A DNA stretch of 64,000 nt from an uncultured Acidobacteriota bacterium (GTDB taxonomy: Bacteria; Acidobacteriota; Vicinamibacteria; Vicinamibacterales; CAVVIG01), in NCBI GenBank assembly GCA_963725105.1, contig CAVRXZ010000017.1, forward strand, positions 3,975-67,974, given 5' to 3'. The stretch's first letter is position 1, and every line of letters begins with the position of its first letter. Under the pieces are notes generated by a model. That model was not told the DNA's origin and did not search any database. It worked only from the letters and a program-made list of their open reading frames with translations. Below are positions 1 to 8,139 of this stretch, piece after piece. A program made the position numbers and the translations under genes.

Positions 1-119
1 GAGCCCTGTGTCACAGGACCGCGGTCCAACGCCGCGAGCGTCGCATACGCGCCCTTGGACGAAACCGCGAGGATCGACGTCATCACAGCCTGTCGCATGA
101 ACTGTCGACGGTCAGACAT
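1..119 (-). CDS. Partial CDS (N-terminal 39 codons, continues past window start) for an exported protein with a twin-arginine (Tat) type signal
   Basis: Minus-strand ATG at 119-117 is preceded by the SD-like aagggggg. The translation is MSDRRQFMRQAVMTSILAVSSKGAYATLAALDRGPVTQG. It has an S-R-R-x-F-M motif followed by a hydrophobic stretch and an A-x-A site. Confidence 0.45.
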   Translation of the reverse strand, partial: MSDRRQFMRQAVMTSILAVSSKGAYATLAALDRGPVTQG

Positions 120-143
120 GGGCGTTTCCCCCCTTAGCCCTTA

Positions 144-239
144 GAGCGCGTTGCGCAATTAGGCTGATGTAGTGCAGGCCTTCAGGCCTCCCGGACAAGG
201 CGGGGCTGAAGCCCCGCACTACGTCAATTTTGCAACGCA
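144..239. repeat. MITE/REP-like nested-hairpin intergenic element, copy 1
   Basis: Two mutually inverted arms share the core GCGTTGC..AATT..GTAGTGC. Each arm ends in its own GC hairpin (gcaggcc-ttca-ggcct and ggcggggc-tgaa-gccccgc). The element is bracketed by cccttagccctta at 131-143 and 240-252. A second copy in the opposite orientation is at 12831-12985. Confidence 0.65.
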
Positions 240-242
240 CCC

Positions 243-398
243 TTAGCCCTTATTCCTCGTTAGACTCCTGTACGCCGCCTCGAAGAACATGTCGGTCGTC
301 CATGGTCCCGATACCGCGCTGTAGCGCGGATCGTAGTCCAGCGTGGGCCGCGCCGCCATGATTTGTGCCGCACAATTGTGAAGACCACGGTCAAACAC
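243..398 (-). pseudogene. Orphan C-terminal fragment of an MBL-fold hydrolase paralog (no catalytic N-terminal part present)
   Basis: The 3' end of the minus-strand frame reads ...FDRGLHNCAAQIMAARPTLDYDPRYSAVSGPWTTDMFFEAAYRSL*. This aligns by eye with the C-terminus of the MBL gene at 2686-3772 (...VRRGMTLEQVHAAKPTLDFDPRYGTPNGFWTPAQFVEVIYKEM). The upstream part of the same frame is only antisense read-through of the 546-1715 gene. Confidence 0.4.
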
Positions 399-545
399 CG
401 CCAATATGAAGTTGCCATGACCAGATAGATCGCCGCTATCAGGCGGCAGCCCTTGCGATCGCGATTGGAGTCTGAGAGGATGCCGCCGGCCGCAGCACGG
501 CAAACAATCATATTTGTTTCGTGAAGGGTGCGGTTGGGGGCTTGA

Positions 546-1715
546 ATGAAGAGAAGCACGAACAGGATTCTCACGACGCACACCGGGCGATTGCTCAAGC
601 CTGGTTCGGGCTGGCAGGGCATGGGGATCGTGAGCGCCCCCCCGACACCCGAGCAGCTCAGGCAGGAAATGACCGAGCTCGTGAACGCCCAGGTCGATAT
701 CGGCATGGACGTCATCTCGAACGGTGAGCCGGCCGGTATCGGTCCGTTTTCGTTGTTCGCGCTGATCGACGGCTTCGAAAGCCGCCAGGTCGACCTCCCC
801 GAGGGCGAACCGGTCCCAAGTCCGAAACAGATCCGGTGGATCTCGCGGGAGATGGAGCAGTTCCCCGACTTCTACACGGACATGTTCGAGCAGACGAAGA
901 TGGGAAATCGCAGCACACGGTCCGCCATGCGGACCGTCGTCGCGGGTCCCCTCAAGCTGAAGACGATCGAGCCGTTCGAGCGCGACATCCGCATGTTCAA
1001 GGAGGTTCTCAAGAAGGAGGCCCCCGACAAGGAGGCGTTCTACTGCGTGGTGGCGCCGGCGTGGCTCGAAGAGTTCGTGTGGAACGAGTACTACAAGACG
1101 GACGATGAGTTCATCGGGGCGTTGTCGGCCGTGATGGCGCCGATTTTCAAGACGGTCACAGACAACGGCCTGATCCTGCAGATCGACGATCCTGCCATCA
1201 GCCACGACTGGGAAGAGGTCAAGCGTCCGCCGATGAGTTTGAGGGACTACGAGCATTTCATCATGCTGCGCGTCGACGCACTGAACGCGGCGCTCGCAGG
1301 TATTCCCGAAGAGATGATTCGTTTTCACGTTTGTTGGGGCAGCTGGCCTGGCATGCACACGGACAACCTGCATCTCAAGGAGTTCGTGAGGCCGATGCTG
1401 AAGGTCAAGGCTCAGGCGTACTCCATCGAGTCGGCTAAGTCGACGCACAGGCACGAATGGAAGGTCTGGCGCGACGTCGTCAAGCTGCCCGAGGGTAAGA
1501 TCCTGATTCCCGGCGTCGTCGATCACACGACCAACGTCGTCGAGCCCCCGGAGGTCATTGCCGATCAGCTCGTGCAGTTTGCCAAGGTCGTCGGCAAGGA
1601 AAGCGTACAGGCGGGGACAGACTGCGGCATGCGCGGGCACGCGACGGCCGCCTGGGAGAAGTACAAGAACATCGTCAAAGGCGCCGCGCTCGCTTCCAAA
1701 CAGCTCTGGAGTTAG
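546..1715 (+). CDS. MetE catalytic-domain-like (cobalamin-independent methionine synthase / UROD superfamily) zinc enzyme, paralog 1
   Basis: 389-aa ORF with N-terminal RILTTHTG and the motif NEYYKTDDEF. Zinc-ligand-type motifs are FHVCWGSW (His-x-Cys) and AGTDCGM (Cys). No signal peptide. It aligns along its full length with the 4642-5826 product. Confidence 0.8.
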   Translation: MKRSTNRILTTHTGRLLKPGSGWQGMGIVSAPPTPEQLRQEMTELVNAQVDIGMDVISNGEPAGIGPFSLFALIDGFESRQVDLPEGEPVPSPKQIRWISREMEQFPDFYTDMFEQTKMGNRSTRSAMRTVVAGPLKLKTIEPFERDIRMFKEVLKKEAPDKEAFYCVVAPAWLEEFVWNEYYKTDDEFIGALSAVMAPIFKTVTDNGLILQIDDPAISHDWEEVKRPPMSLRDYEHFIMLRVDALNAALAGIPEEMIRFHVCWGSWPGMHTDNLHLKEFVRPMLKVKAQAYSIESAKSTHRHEWKVWRDVVKLPEGKILIPGVVDHTTNVVEPPEVIADQLVQFAKVVGKESVQAGTDCGMRGHATAAWEKYKNIVKGAALASKQLWS

Positions 1716-1736
1716 GGACGACGCAGGGAGAGTCAC

Positions 1737-2684
1737 ATGAACTGGTCACATCGACGTTGGGCAGCGGCGCTTTTGGTGGCGCTTCTCGCGGTTCTCTCGA
1801 GCCGAACGGCCGGAGCGCAGGCGGACTTTTCGGGCGTCTGGCAGCCTCGCTATCAGGAAGACTTTCTCGAACGAATTCCAGGGCCCGAGCTAGTGGACTA
1901 CGTCGGGTTACCCATCAACGACGCCGCGCGCCGGTTCGCGGAAAGCTGGGATCCGTCGCGCATCACACTGCCCGAAGAGCAGTGCCGTGTGCACGTGTCA
2001 CCGTACATCTATCGCGGGCCGACGAACCTCCGGATCTGGGAGGAGAAGCACCCTGTCACACAGGATCTGATTGCGATCAAGCACTACAACAGCACTTACG
2101 AGCAGACTCGGACGATCTACATGGACGGTCGGCCGCATCCCGGTCCGAACGAGGCGCATACCTGGATGGGCTTCTCGACGGGACGCTATGAAGGCGACAT
2201 GCTGGTCGTCGAGACCACACACCTGAAGCAGGGCTGGATCCGGCGTAACGGCCTGCCGATGAGCGATCAGGCGCACATGACCGAGTACTGCGTGCGCTAC
2301 GGCGACCTCATGACGCACACCTTCGTGCTGATCGACCCCGTGTACCTCGCGGAACCGCTCGTCAAGAGCCAGGACTTCATGCGAAGCACGCGCGAGCTGG
2401 CGGCGCAGACATGGCTGTGGGTGTGCGAGCCCGTCGTCGAGATCGCGAATCGACCCGAGGGGGTAGTGCCGGCCTACATGCCGGGCGAGCATCCCTTCCA
2501 GACCGAGTTTGCCCAGCGGCACCGCCTGCCCATGATTGCCGTTCTGGGCGGGCCCGAGACGATGTACCCGGAGTTTCAGAAGGTGATGGAGAAGGCGCCG
2601 ATTCCACCGCCTTTGCCGCCGCCGCCCGCTGAGGGCTCCCAGGGATCGGGGAGCCGGCCCGACCCAGCGCGGAAGGGTCGCTGA
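1737..2684 (+). CDS. Secreted protein of an uncharacterised family (member E; DxSGxW ... W-x-G-x-S-x-G-x-[WY]-x-G-D-x-L-V-V-x-T)
   Basis: The ATG lies 21 nt after the upstream stop. Signal peptide is MNWSHRRWAAALLVALLAVLSSRTAGA. The mature part begins QADFSGVWQP. Family blocks are EEQCRVHV, TIYMDGRPHP, WMGFSTGRYEGDMLVVETTH and GWIRRNGLPMSD, followed by a proline-rich tail. Confidence 0.75.
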   Translation: MNWSHRRWAAALLVALLAVLSSRTAGAQADFSGVWQPRYQEDFLERIPGPELVDYVGLPINDAARRFAESWDPSRITLPEEQCRVHVSPYIYRGPTNLRIWEEKHPVTQDLIAIKHYNSTYEQTRTIYMDGRPHPGPNEAHTWMGFSTGRYEGDMLVVETTHLKQGWIRRNGLPMSDQAHMTEYCVRYGDLMTHTFVLIDPVYLAEPLVKSQDFMRSTRELAAQTWLWVCEPVVEIANRPEGVVPAYMPGEHPFQTEFAQRHRLPMIAVLGGPETMYPEFQKVMEKAPIPPPLPPPPAEGSQGSGSRPDPARKGR

Positions 2685-2685
2685 C

Positions 2686-3772
2686 ATGCGCTCTCACACA
2701 CTCGTTCAGTCTGGAAAGATTCGCGCTCTTGCCCTCGCTTCTGCCGTGGCTTTAGGTGTGGGCGCCGGGCTGGCCGGCCGCGCCCTCGCGCAGCCGCAAC
2801 AGAACTTCGATGCCGTACAGGAGGACGTGGTCCACGTCCGCGACGGTGTTTACATGCTGGTCGGCGCCGGCGGGAACACGACGATCATGGCCGGTGAAGA
2901 CGGCGTGATGGTCGTAGACACCCAGTTCGCGCCTCTCAGCACGAAGATCTTGAATGCCATCAAGTCGATCAGCGACAAGCCGATTCGCTACGTCGTCAAC
3001 ACCCATATGCATGGGGATCACATCGGCGGTAACGAAGCCATTGCCAAGGCCGGTCGGACCCGCGCCGGCGGCAACGTGGTCGGCGATCTCGGCGCCGCAG
3101 CGACGGCAACGGCCACGATCCTCGCCCACGAAAACGTCCTGCTTCGCCTCAGCATGCCGAAGCCCGGAGAACCCCAGGTGCCGGCCGCGGCTTGGCCCAC
3201 CGAGACGTACGCGACGCGCAAGACGGAGATGCGCTTCAACGGCGAGGCGGTGCAGATTTTCTACGAGCCGAAGGCGCACACGGACGGGGACAGTCTGGTG
3301 TTTTTCCGGCGCAGCGACGTGATTGCGACCGGCGACCTCTTCACGACCGTGATGTACCCGTACATCGACGAAGCCCACGGCGGAACCATCAACGGCTACA
3401 TCGACGCGCTGAACGCCATTCTCGATCTGGCGGTGTTCAACAACGTGAACGAAGGCGGGACGATGGTCATTCCGGGGCACGGGCGTTTGAGCGACAAGCA
3501 GGACGTGATCGAGGACCCGCGACATGGCCACCATCGTGCGCGACCGCATCAAGGAGTACGTGCGGCGGGGGATGACGCTGGAACAGGTCCACGCGGCAAA
3601 ACCGACGCTCGACTTCGATCCGCGCTATGGCACGCCGAACGGGTTCTGGACGCCGGCGCAGTTCGTCGAGGTGATCTACAAGGAGATGAAAGAGGGGCAG
3701 GACGCGGCGCGGCCACTGCCCAAGGGCTCGAAAGCCACGCCGAAAAAGCAGACGAAAGGGAGCGGCCAGTGA
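2686..3772 (+). CDS. Exported MBL-fold metallo-hydrolase, interrupted by one apparent frameshift near 3513
   Basis: Signal peptide is ...ALALASAVALGVGAGLAGRALA. The HxHxDH motif is NTHMHGDHIGGN, with a later PGHG. The upstream frame ends ...KQDVIE and ORF 3524-3772 continues (T)RDMATIVRDRIKEYVRRGMTLEQVHAAKPTLDFDPRYG. Removing one g from gagg at about 3513 restores a continuous protein. The 628-aa track ORF 2686-4572 is wrong-frame read-through. Confidence 0.75.
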
Positions 3773-4672
3773 GCGAGCGTTTCGTGAAGGTGATCAGCAC
3801 ATTGTTTCTCGTCGTTGTCGCGCTGGTGCTCGGCGCCAACACGCTCTCGCGGTCGGTGTCGCGCCCAGCCACCCTCTGTGGCGTCGCAGCCGGCCGGGCA
3901 GCGCGGTGGCCGCGGCGGACCTGGTGGGCCGCCGACGGGACGGATTGGCGCGCCCGTCGATCTGACCGGCGTGTGGGTGTCGGTGGTCACCGAAGATTGG
4001 GAGAGTCGGATGCGGACGCCTCCGAAAGGCGACGTCGGCACAGGAGTCGGCCTGCCGCCCGGCTTCGGACCCATCCCACTGAATCCTGCGGGCGTGGCCG
4101 CGACAAACGCCTGGGATCCATCGAAGGACGGACGATGCGAAGCGTACGGAGTCGGCGGGATTATGCGGATGCCTGGGCGTTTGAAGATCTCATGGCCCGA
4201 CGATCTGACGGTCAAGATCGAGACGGACGCCGGTCTCCAGACGCGTCTGCTGCACTTCCTGCCGCCAGCAGGTCCGACGGGACCGGGACCCGCAGCGGCC
4301 CCCGACAAGGGTTCGGCTACGCTGCAGGGGTACTCGGTCGCCGAGTGGCAGCGAGGCGTCGGATTCGATGCCTTCGGCCTAGGCCTCTCGCCCGAGCGGG
4401 GTGCGGGTCCGCCACGCTGGGGTTCGCTCAAGGTCGTGACGACGAACATGTTGCCCGGGTGGCTGCGCCGCAACGGCGTTCCTTACAGCGACAAGTCCAC
4501 GATCACCGAATACTTCGCCCGGTTCACCCATCCGGAAGCGGGCGACTGGTTTGTCGTCACCACCGTGGTTGAAGATCCGACGTATCTGACGGGGACCTTC
4601 ATCACGAGCTCCAATTTCAAGAAGGAAGCGAACGATTCGAAATGGGATCCGAAGCCGTGTCGCGCATCCTGA
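3769..4672 (+). CDS. Secreted protein of the same uncharacterised family (member F), one apparent frameshift near 3850-3880
   Basis: GTG 3769 overlaps the upstream stop (GTGA). It encodes the signal peptide VSERFVKVISTLFLVVVALVLGANTLS in frame 1. The body is in the frame of ORF 3815-4672 (GAPVDLTGVWVSVVTEDW ... DGRCEAYGVGG ... LQGYSVAEWQ ... GWLRRNGVPYSDKSTITEY). It is most similar to member E. Confidence 0.6.
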
Positions 4673-5826
4673 CCAGTCACGTCGGCAGCCTTGTTCGGCC
4701 GCCCGAATTTGTCGCAGTGCTGCGAGAGAAGGCCTCAGGTCGCGAGGTGCCGGGCTTCGACGCCGCTCTACGCACGGCCGTCGAGAAGGTCGTTCAGCGG
4801 CAGGTCCAGGCCGGGGTCGACATCGTCAGCGACGGCGAGTTCGGCAAGGGCATCGGTTGGGAACAATACGTGATCGAGCGGCTGTCCGGATTCTCGGAGC
4901 CGGCGCCTACGCCAGCGGGCGCTCCGCCACCGGCCGTGGCCCCGTGGGGCGACTTCGCGCAGTTCATCGATTTCTACGCGGAGATGTTTCCCAAGGAGCA
5001 GTATCAGGAGCGGCCGTTCCGCTGCACGGGACCGATCACCTACACAGGTCACGCCGCTCTGCAGCGTGACATCAACAACCTCAAGTCCGCGGTGGCCGCG
5101 GCGAAGGCTCACGCAGGGTTTCTACCGGTCGTTGCCCCGGCGAGCGCCACGGCGTTGTGCCCGAACGAGTACTACAAGACAGACGAGGAATACATCTTCG
5201 CGACCGCCGAGGCGCTGCGGGTTGAATACAAGACGATTCTCGACGCTGGCCTGCTCGTCCAGATCGACGATGCGCACCTGCCGTTCATGTACGACCGGAT
5301 GGTGCCGCCGGGGAGCGACGAGGATTACTTCCGTTGGGCCGTGTTGCGCGTCGACGCCCTCAATCACGCGCTGCGCGGTCTCGATCCGACCCGCATCCGT
5401 TATCACATCTGCTGGGGCAGCTGGAACGGGCCGCACACCCACGACGTGCCGCTCAAGAAGATTGCCAGCCTGCTGCTGAAGCTGAACGTCGGCGGCTACT
5501 CGATCGAGGCGGCGAATGCGCGCCACGAGCACGAGTGGAAAGTCTGGAAGGACGTCAAGCTGCCTGAAGGGCGCATGCTCATGCCGGGCGTCGTCAGCCA
5601 CCAGACCAACGTGGTGGAGCACCCAGAGCTCGTCGCCGAGCGCCTGGTGCGCTTCGCGAACCTCGTCGGCCGCGAGCACGTGATTGCCGGCACCGACTGC
5701 GGGTTTGCGCAGGGCCCGTTCGTCCGCCGCGTGCACGAATCGATCATGTGGGCGAAGCTCGAAAGCCTCGCCGAAGGCGCGCGGCTCGCCAGCCAGGAGC
5801 TCTGGGGCCGGACGTTCAGCGTGTGA
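4642..5826 (+). CDS. MetE catalytic-domain-like zinc enzyme, paralog 2
   Basis: 394-aa ORF with the motifs SRILTSHVGSL, NEYYKTDEEY, YHICWGSW (His-x-Cys) and AGTDCGF. The start overlaps the 3' end of the upstream gene by 31 nt. No signal peptide. Confidence 0.8.
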   Translation: MGSEAVSRILTSHVGSLVRPPEFVAVLREKASGREVPGFDAALRTAVEKVVQRQVQAGVDIVSDGEFGKGIGWEQYVIERLSGFSEPAPTPAGAPPPAVAPWGDFAQFIDFYAEMFPKEQYQERPFRCTGPITYTGHAALQRDINNLKSAVAAAKAHAGFLPVVAPASATALCPNEYYKTDEEYIFATAEALRVEYKTILDAGLLVQIDDAHLPFMYDRMVPPGSDEDYFRWAVLRVDALNHALRGLDPTRIRYHICWGSWNGPHTHDVPLKKIASLLLKLNVGGYSIEAANARHEHEWKVWKDVKLPEGRMLMPGVVSHQTNVVEHPELVAERLVRFANLVGREHVIAGTDCGFAQGPFVRRVHESIMWAKLESLAEGARLASQELWGRTFSV

Positions 5827-7184
5827 CAAGCCGCGCGAGGACGGCGTCGACGCTGGCCACTTCGTCGATGGCGCGGACAGCCGTCCACGCTTCCCGGGCC
5901 CCGGCGTCGGTCAGCACCGGCGTGGCACAGCCCAGGAACTTGCCGGCCAGCTCCTCCTCGCTGAGACGCCCCGGATACCCACGTGCGCCGTTGGCCGCAG
6001 CGGTCAGCGTCTGGCCGTCCCTTAGCCGGATGCTGACGCGAGCCTGCGAGAGCGGGGCCGCCTGATCGAACGCGGGATTCGCCCGCAGCGACACCCGCGG
6101 CATGAGCGCCTGCACCCGCTCGTCGCGGATGCGTTCGACCGTGAAGGTGGCAATGGTTGGCCGGCCGAACGATTACGGCCGCCGCAGCGCAGAACGGCAT
6201 GCTGAACTTGGCCTCGAGGCCCGTGGCAGGGTGCGCATCGATCAGCAGACGCGGCGTCATCGAATCCACTTCGACCTCGATTGCTTCGATGCTGTCGGCC
6301 GAAATCTGGTGACGCTGGACGAGATCGAGCAGCACGTCCAGCGGCGGATGCGTGGCGGCGCACGACGGGTAGAGCTTCACGGTGACACCGGTCTCGAGAA
6401 TCTCCCATCGCCTGTCGAGGTCGCTCGTTGCAGGGCCCAGCGCCGCGGGCGGATGCTCACTGTCCATCGCCACAAGATATCCCTGCGCGCCGTCGATCGC
6501 GTGCTCGCTCGCGACGAATCCCTGCTGCGCCAGCCGCGCGGCCAGGACACCGTGCCGGGCAGCGAGTCCCGCGTGTAGCGGCTTCACCATCGAGCCGATG
6601 TTTTCCTTCAGCCCGCACGCCGCTGACGCTGCGATGCCAAGAGCGTTCGAAGTCGCGCCGGCATCGAGACCCAGAACACGAGCGGCGGCGGCGGCCGCGC
6701 CTATCGTCCCGATCGACGACGTACAGTGCCAGCCGCGCTCGTGATAATGCCGCGGGTTCATCACACCGCCGAGGCGGCATTCGAGCTCGAATCCCACCAC
6801 GTATCCCGCGAGCGCGACCCGACCGGGCGCGTGGGCCAGCTCGGCGGCAGCGAGCACGGCGGGCACGAGCGCGCAACTTGGATGGGCCAGCGACACGAAG
6901 CACATGTCGTCGTAGTCGAGTGCGTGGGCAGCGACGCCGTTCGCCAGCGCGGCATCAGGCGCGCTGGTACGGTCGGGGGTTCCAAGAATCCGGGATGGCC
7001 CATTCGCGCCGCGATCGATCGTCGCGCGCACGGTCGTTGGTGCCGGTTCGCCGACGCCCGCAAGGATGACGCCCACTGTGTCGCACAGAGCCTGCGCGGC
7101 GCGGGCCCGAGCCTCGGCCGGCGGCCGCGCGCTGCTGACGAATTCGGCTATCGTTGCGGTGATGCTCCTGGTCGTGGTGGCCAT
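5816..7184 (-). CDS. MmgE/PrpD family protein (2-methylcitrate dehydratase-like), one apparent frameshift near 6171
   Basis: The N-terminal ~340 aa come from ORF 5496-7184 (AAHALDYDDMCF, GWHCTSSIG, LKENIGSMVKPLHAG, KLYPSCAATHP). The C-terminus is in ORF 5816-6115 (QALMPRVSLRANPAFD...). The junction reads ...PFCAAAAVI / FGRPTIATFTVERIRDERV. The 3' end overlaps the convergent 4642-5826 gene by 11 nt. Confidence 0.75.
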
Positions 7185-7263
7185 GGCCGTAGTCTAGACC
7201 GTGCACACGCGGGTCATTGATAGTCTGTTTCTATTGCCTGATGGCGGGGAGTTACGCGCTCAA

Positions 7264-7356
7264 GGGTTCCAGGTTCCAGGGTTCCTGGTTCCGCCGCGAA
7301 CCAGAACGATGAACCGGGAACCCGGAACCCGGAACCGGAACCCGGAACCTGAAACC
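7264..7356. repeat. GGTTCC/GGAACC heptad inverted array, copy 1
   Basis: Four GGTTCC units start at 7265, 7272, 7280 and 7287. After the centre gccgcg come GAACC/GGAACC units starting at 7298, 7311, 7317, 7324, 7331, 7337, 7344 and 7351, with a 6-8 nt period. The two halves are reverse complements, giving a long imperfect hairpin. It lies in the divergent intergenic region between starts at 7184(-) and 7390(+). Confidence 0.8.
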
Positions 7357-7389
7357 GCGCTACGCTACACAAACAGAATCGGAGGCGTG

Positions 7390-8129
7390 ATGCCCAATTG
7401 GATGGAGAGGCTGACAACGACCTTGCTGTCGGTCTGCTGTTTGGCGCCGGCCTGGGCGCAGGGCAGGGGAGCGCGGCATCCGTGACGGCGGAAGACCGAG
7501 CGGGCATCGAAGATCTGCTCGGCCGCTATTTGATCGCGCTGGGCAGTTGTGATGCGCACAAGTACGCGTCACTCTTTGTGGCGCCGGACGGCTTCTTCGC
7601 GGCGGCTCCGCGCGGCAAGGTCGACGGACAGCACCGCCTGACGGAAATGGTCAAGTCGTATGACTGCAACTACGTCAACGATGTGGCCCCTCCGCATGCC
7701 CCTACTCCGTCTCCGCCGTACAAGCTGGTCGTGGAGGCGGTGCCGGGCGGCGCCGTCGGTCTGGCTTATCTCAACGGCGCACGGTACGAGGATGAATATG
7801 TCAAGACCGCGCGCGGCTGGCTGTTCAAGTCCCGAACCGTCGTGACGAACCAGGAGCACGCTGCGCACCTGACCCGCGAGGACTTCGAGGCTATCCAGCA
7901 GCTGGTTCTGCGAACTGGCGGCCCGTATGTCGATCTGTATGAGAAGCGACCTGATGGGACTCTCCGCTTCAAGTCGGCCGGTGTCGCCCTTTCACTCTCT
8001 CCAGATGGACTCGTTGGCCGGGCGTACCTCAGGGACGGAGGGCACTACGAGGACGTGTATGTGAAAGGACCGCAGGGCTGGCGCTTTCAGTCACGCACGT
8101 ACGTGGCTGCTGCTGCCGAAGGCAATTGA
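7390..8129 (+). CDS. Exported protein with two tandem SnoaL/NTF2-like domains, one apparent frameshift near 7461-7472
   Basis: RBS ggagg at 7381-7385 precedes ATG 7390. The signal peptide MPNWMERLTTTLLSVCCLAPAWAQG is in frame 1. The body is in ORF 7398-8129 (SAASVTAEDRAGIEDLLGRYL...). There is an internal duplication: ARYEDEYVKTARGWLFKSRTVV and GGHYEDVYVKGPQGWRFQSRTYV. Confidence 0.6.
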
Positions 8130-8139
8130 CCGAACCCTG

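Noticed and set aside
243-1736. 497-aa minus-strand ORF covering the whole MetE-like gene region
   Set aside because: It is antisense to a plus-strand gene with clear family motifs, and its product is low-complexity and Arg/Pro/Leu-rich, as expected for antisense frames in GC-rich DNA. Only its last ~50 codons (243-398) show real similarity (MBL C-terminus), and these are reported separately.
2686-4572. 628-aa ORF suggesting a large MBL fusion protein
   Set aside because: Only the first ~275 aa are MBL-like. The rest is Arg/Gly-rich wrong-frame read-through over the 3524-3772 and 3815-4672 frames, which carry the real sequence.
5496-5815. C-terminal ~110 codons of ORF 5496-7184 overlapping the MetE-like gene
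   Set aside because: This is out-of-frame read-through after the frameshift at about 6171. The authentic PrpD C-terminus is in ORF 5816-6115.
5816-5826. 11-nt overlap of convergent stop regions (MetE-like 2 and PrpD-like), also 4 nt at 32738-32741
   Set aside because: Short convergent 3' overlaps are common in compact GC-rich genomes, and nothing further suggests antisense regulation.
7264-7356. Possibility that the short-period repeat arrays (here, 22154-22192 and 49110-49197) are CRISPR arrays
   Set aside because: The units are 6-8 nt with no unique spacers of 25-40 nt, and no cas genes are present. They are reported as heptad arrays instead.
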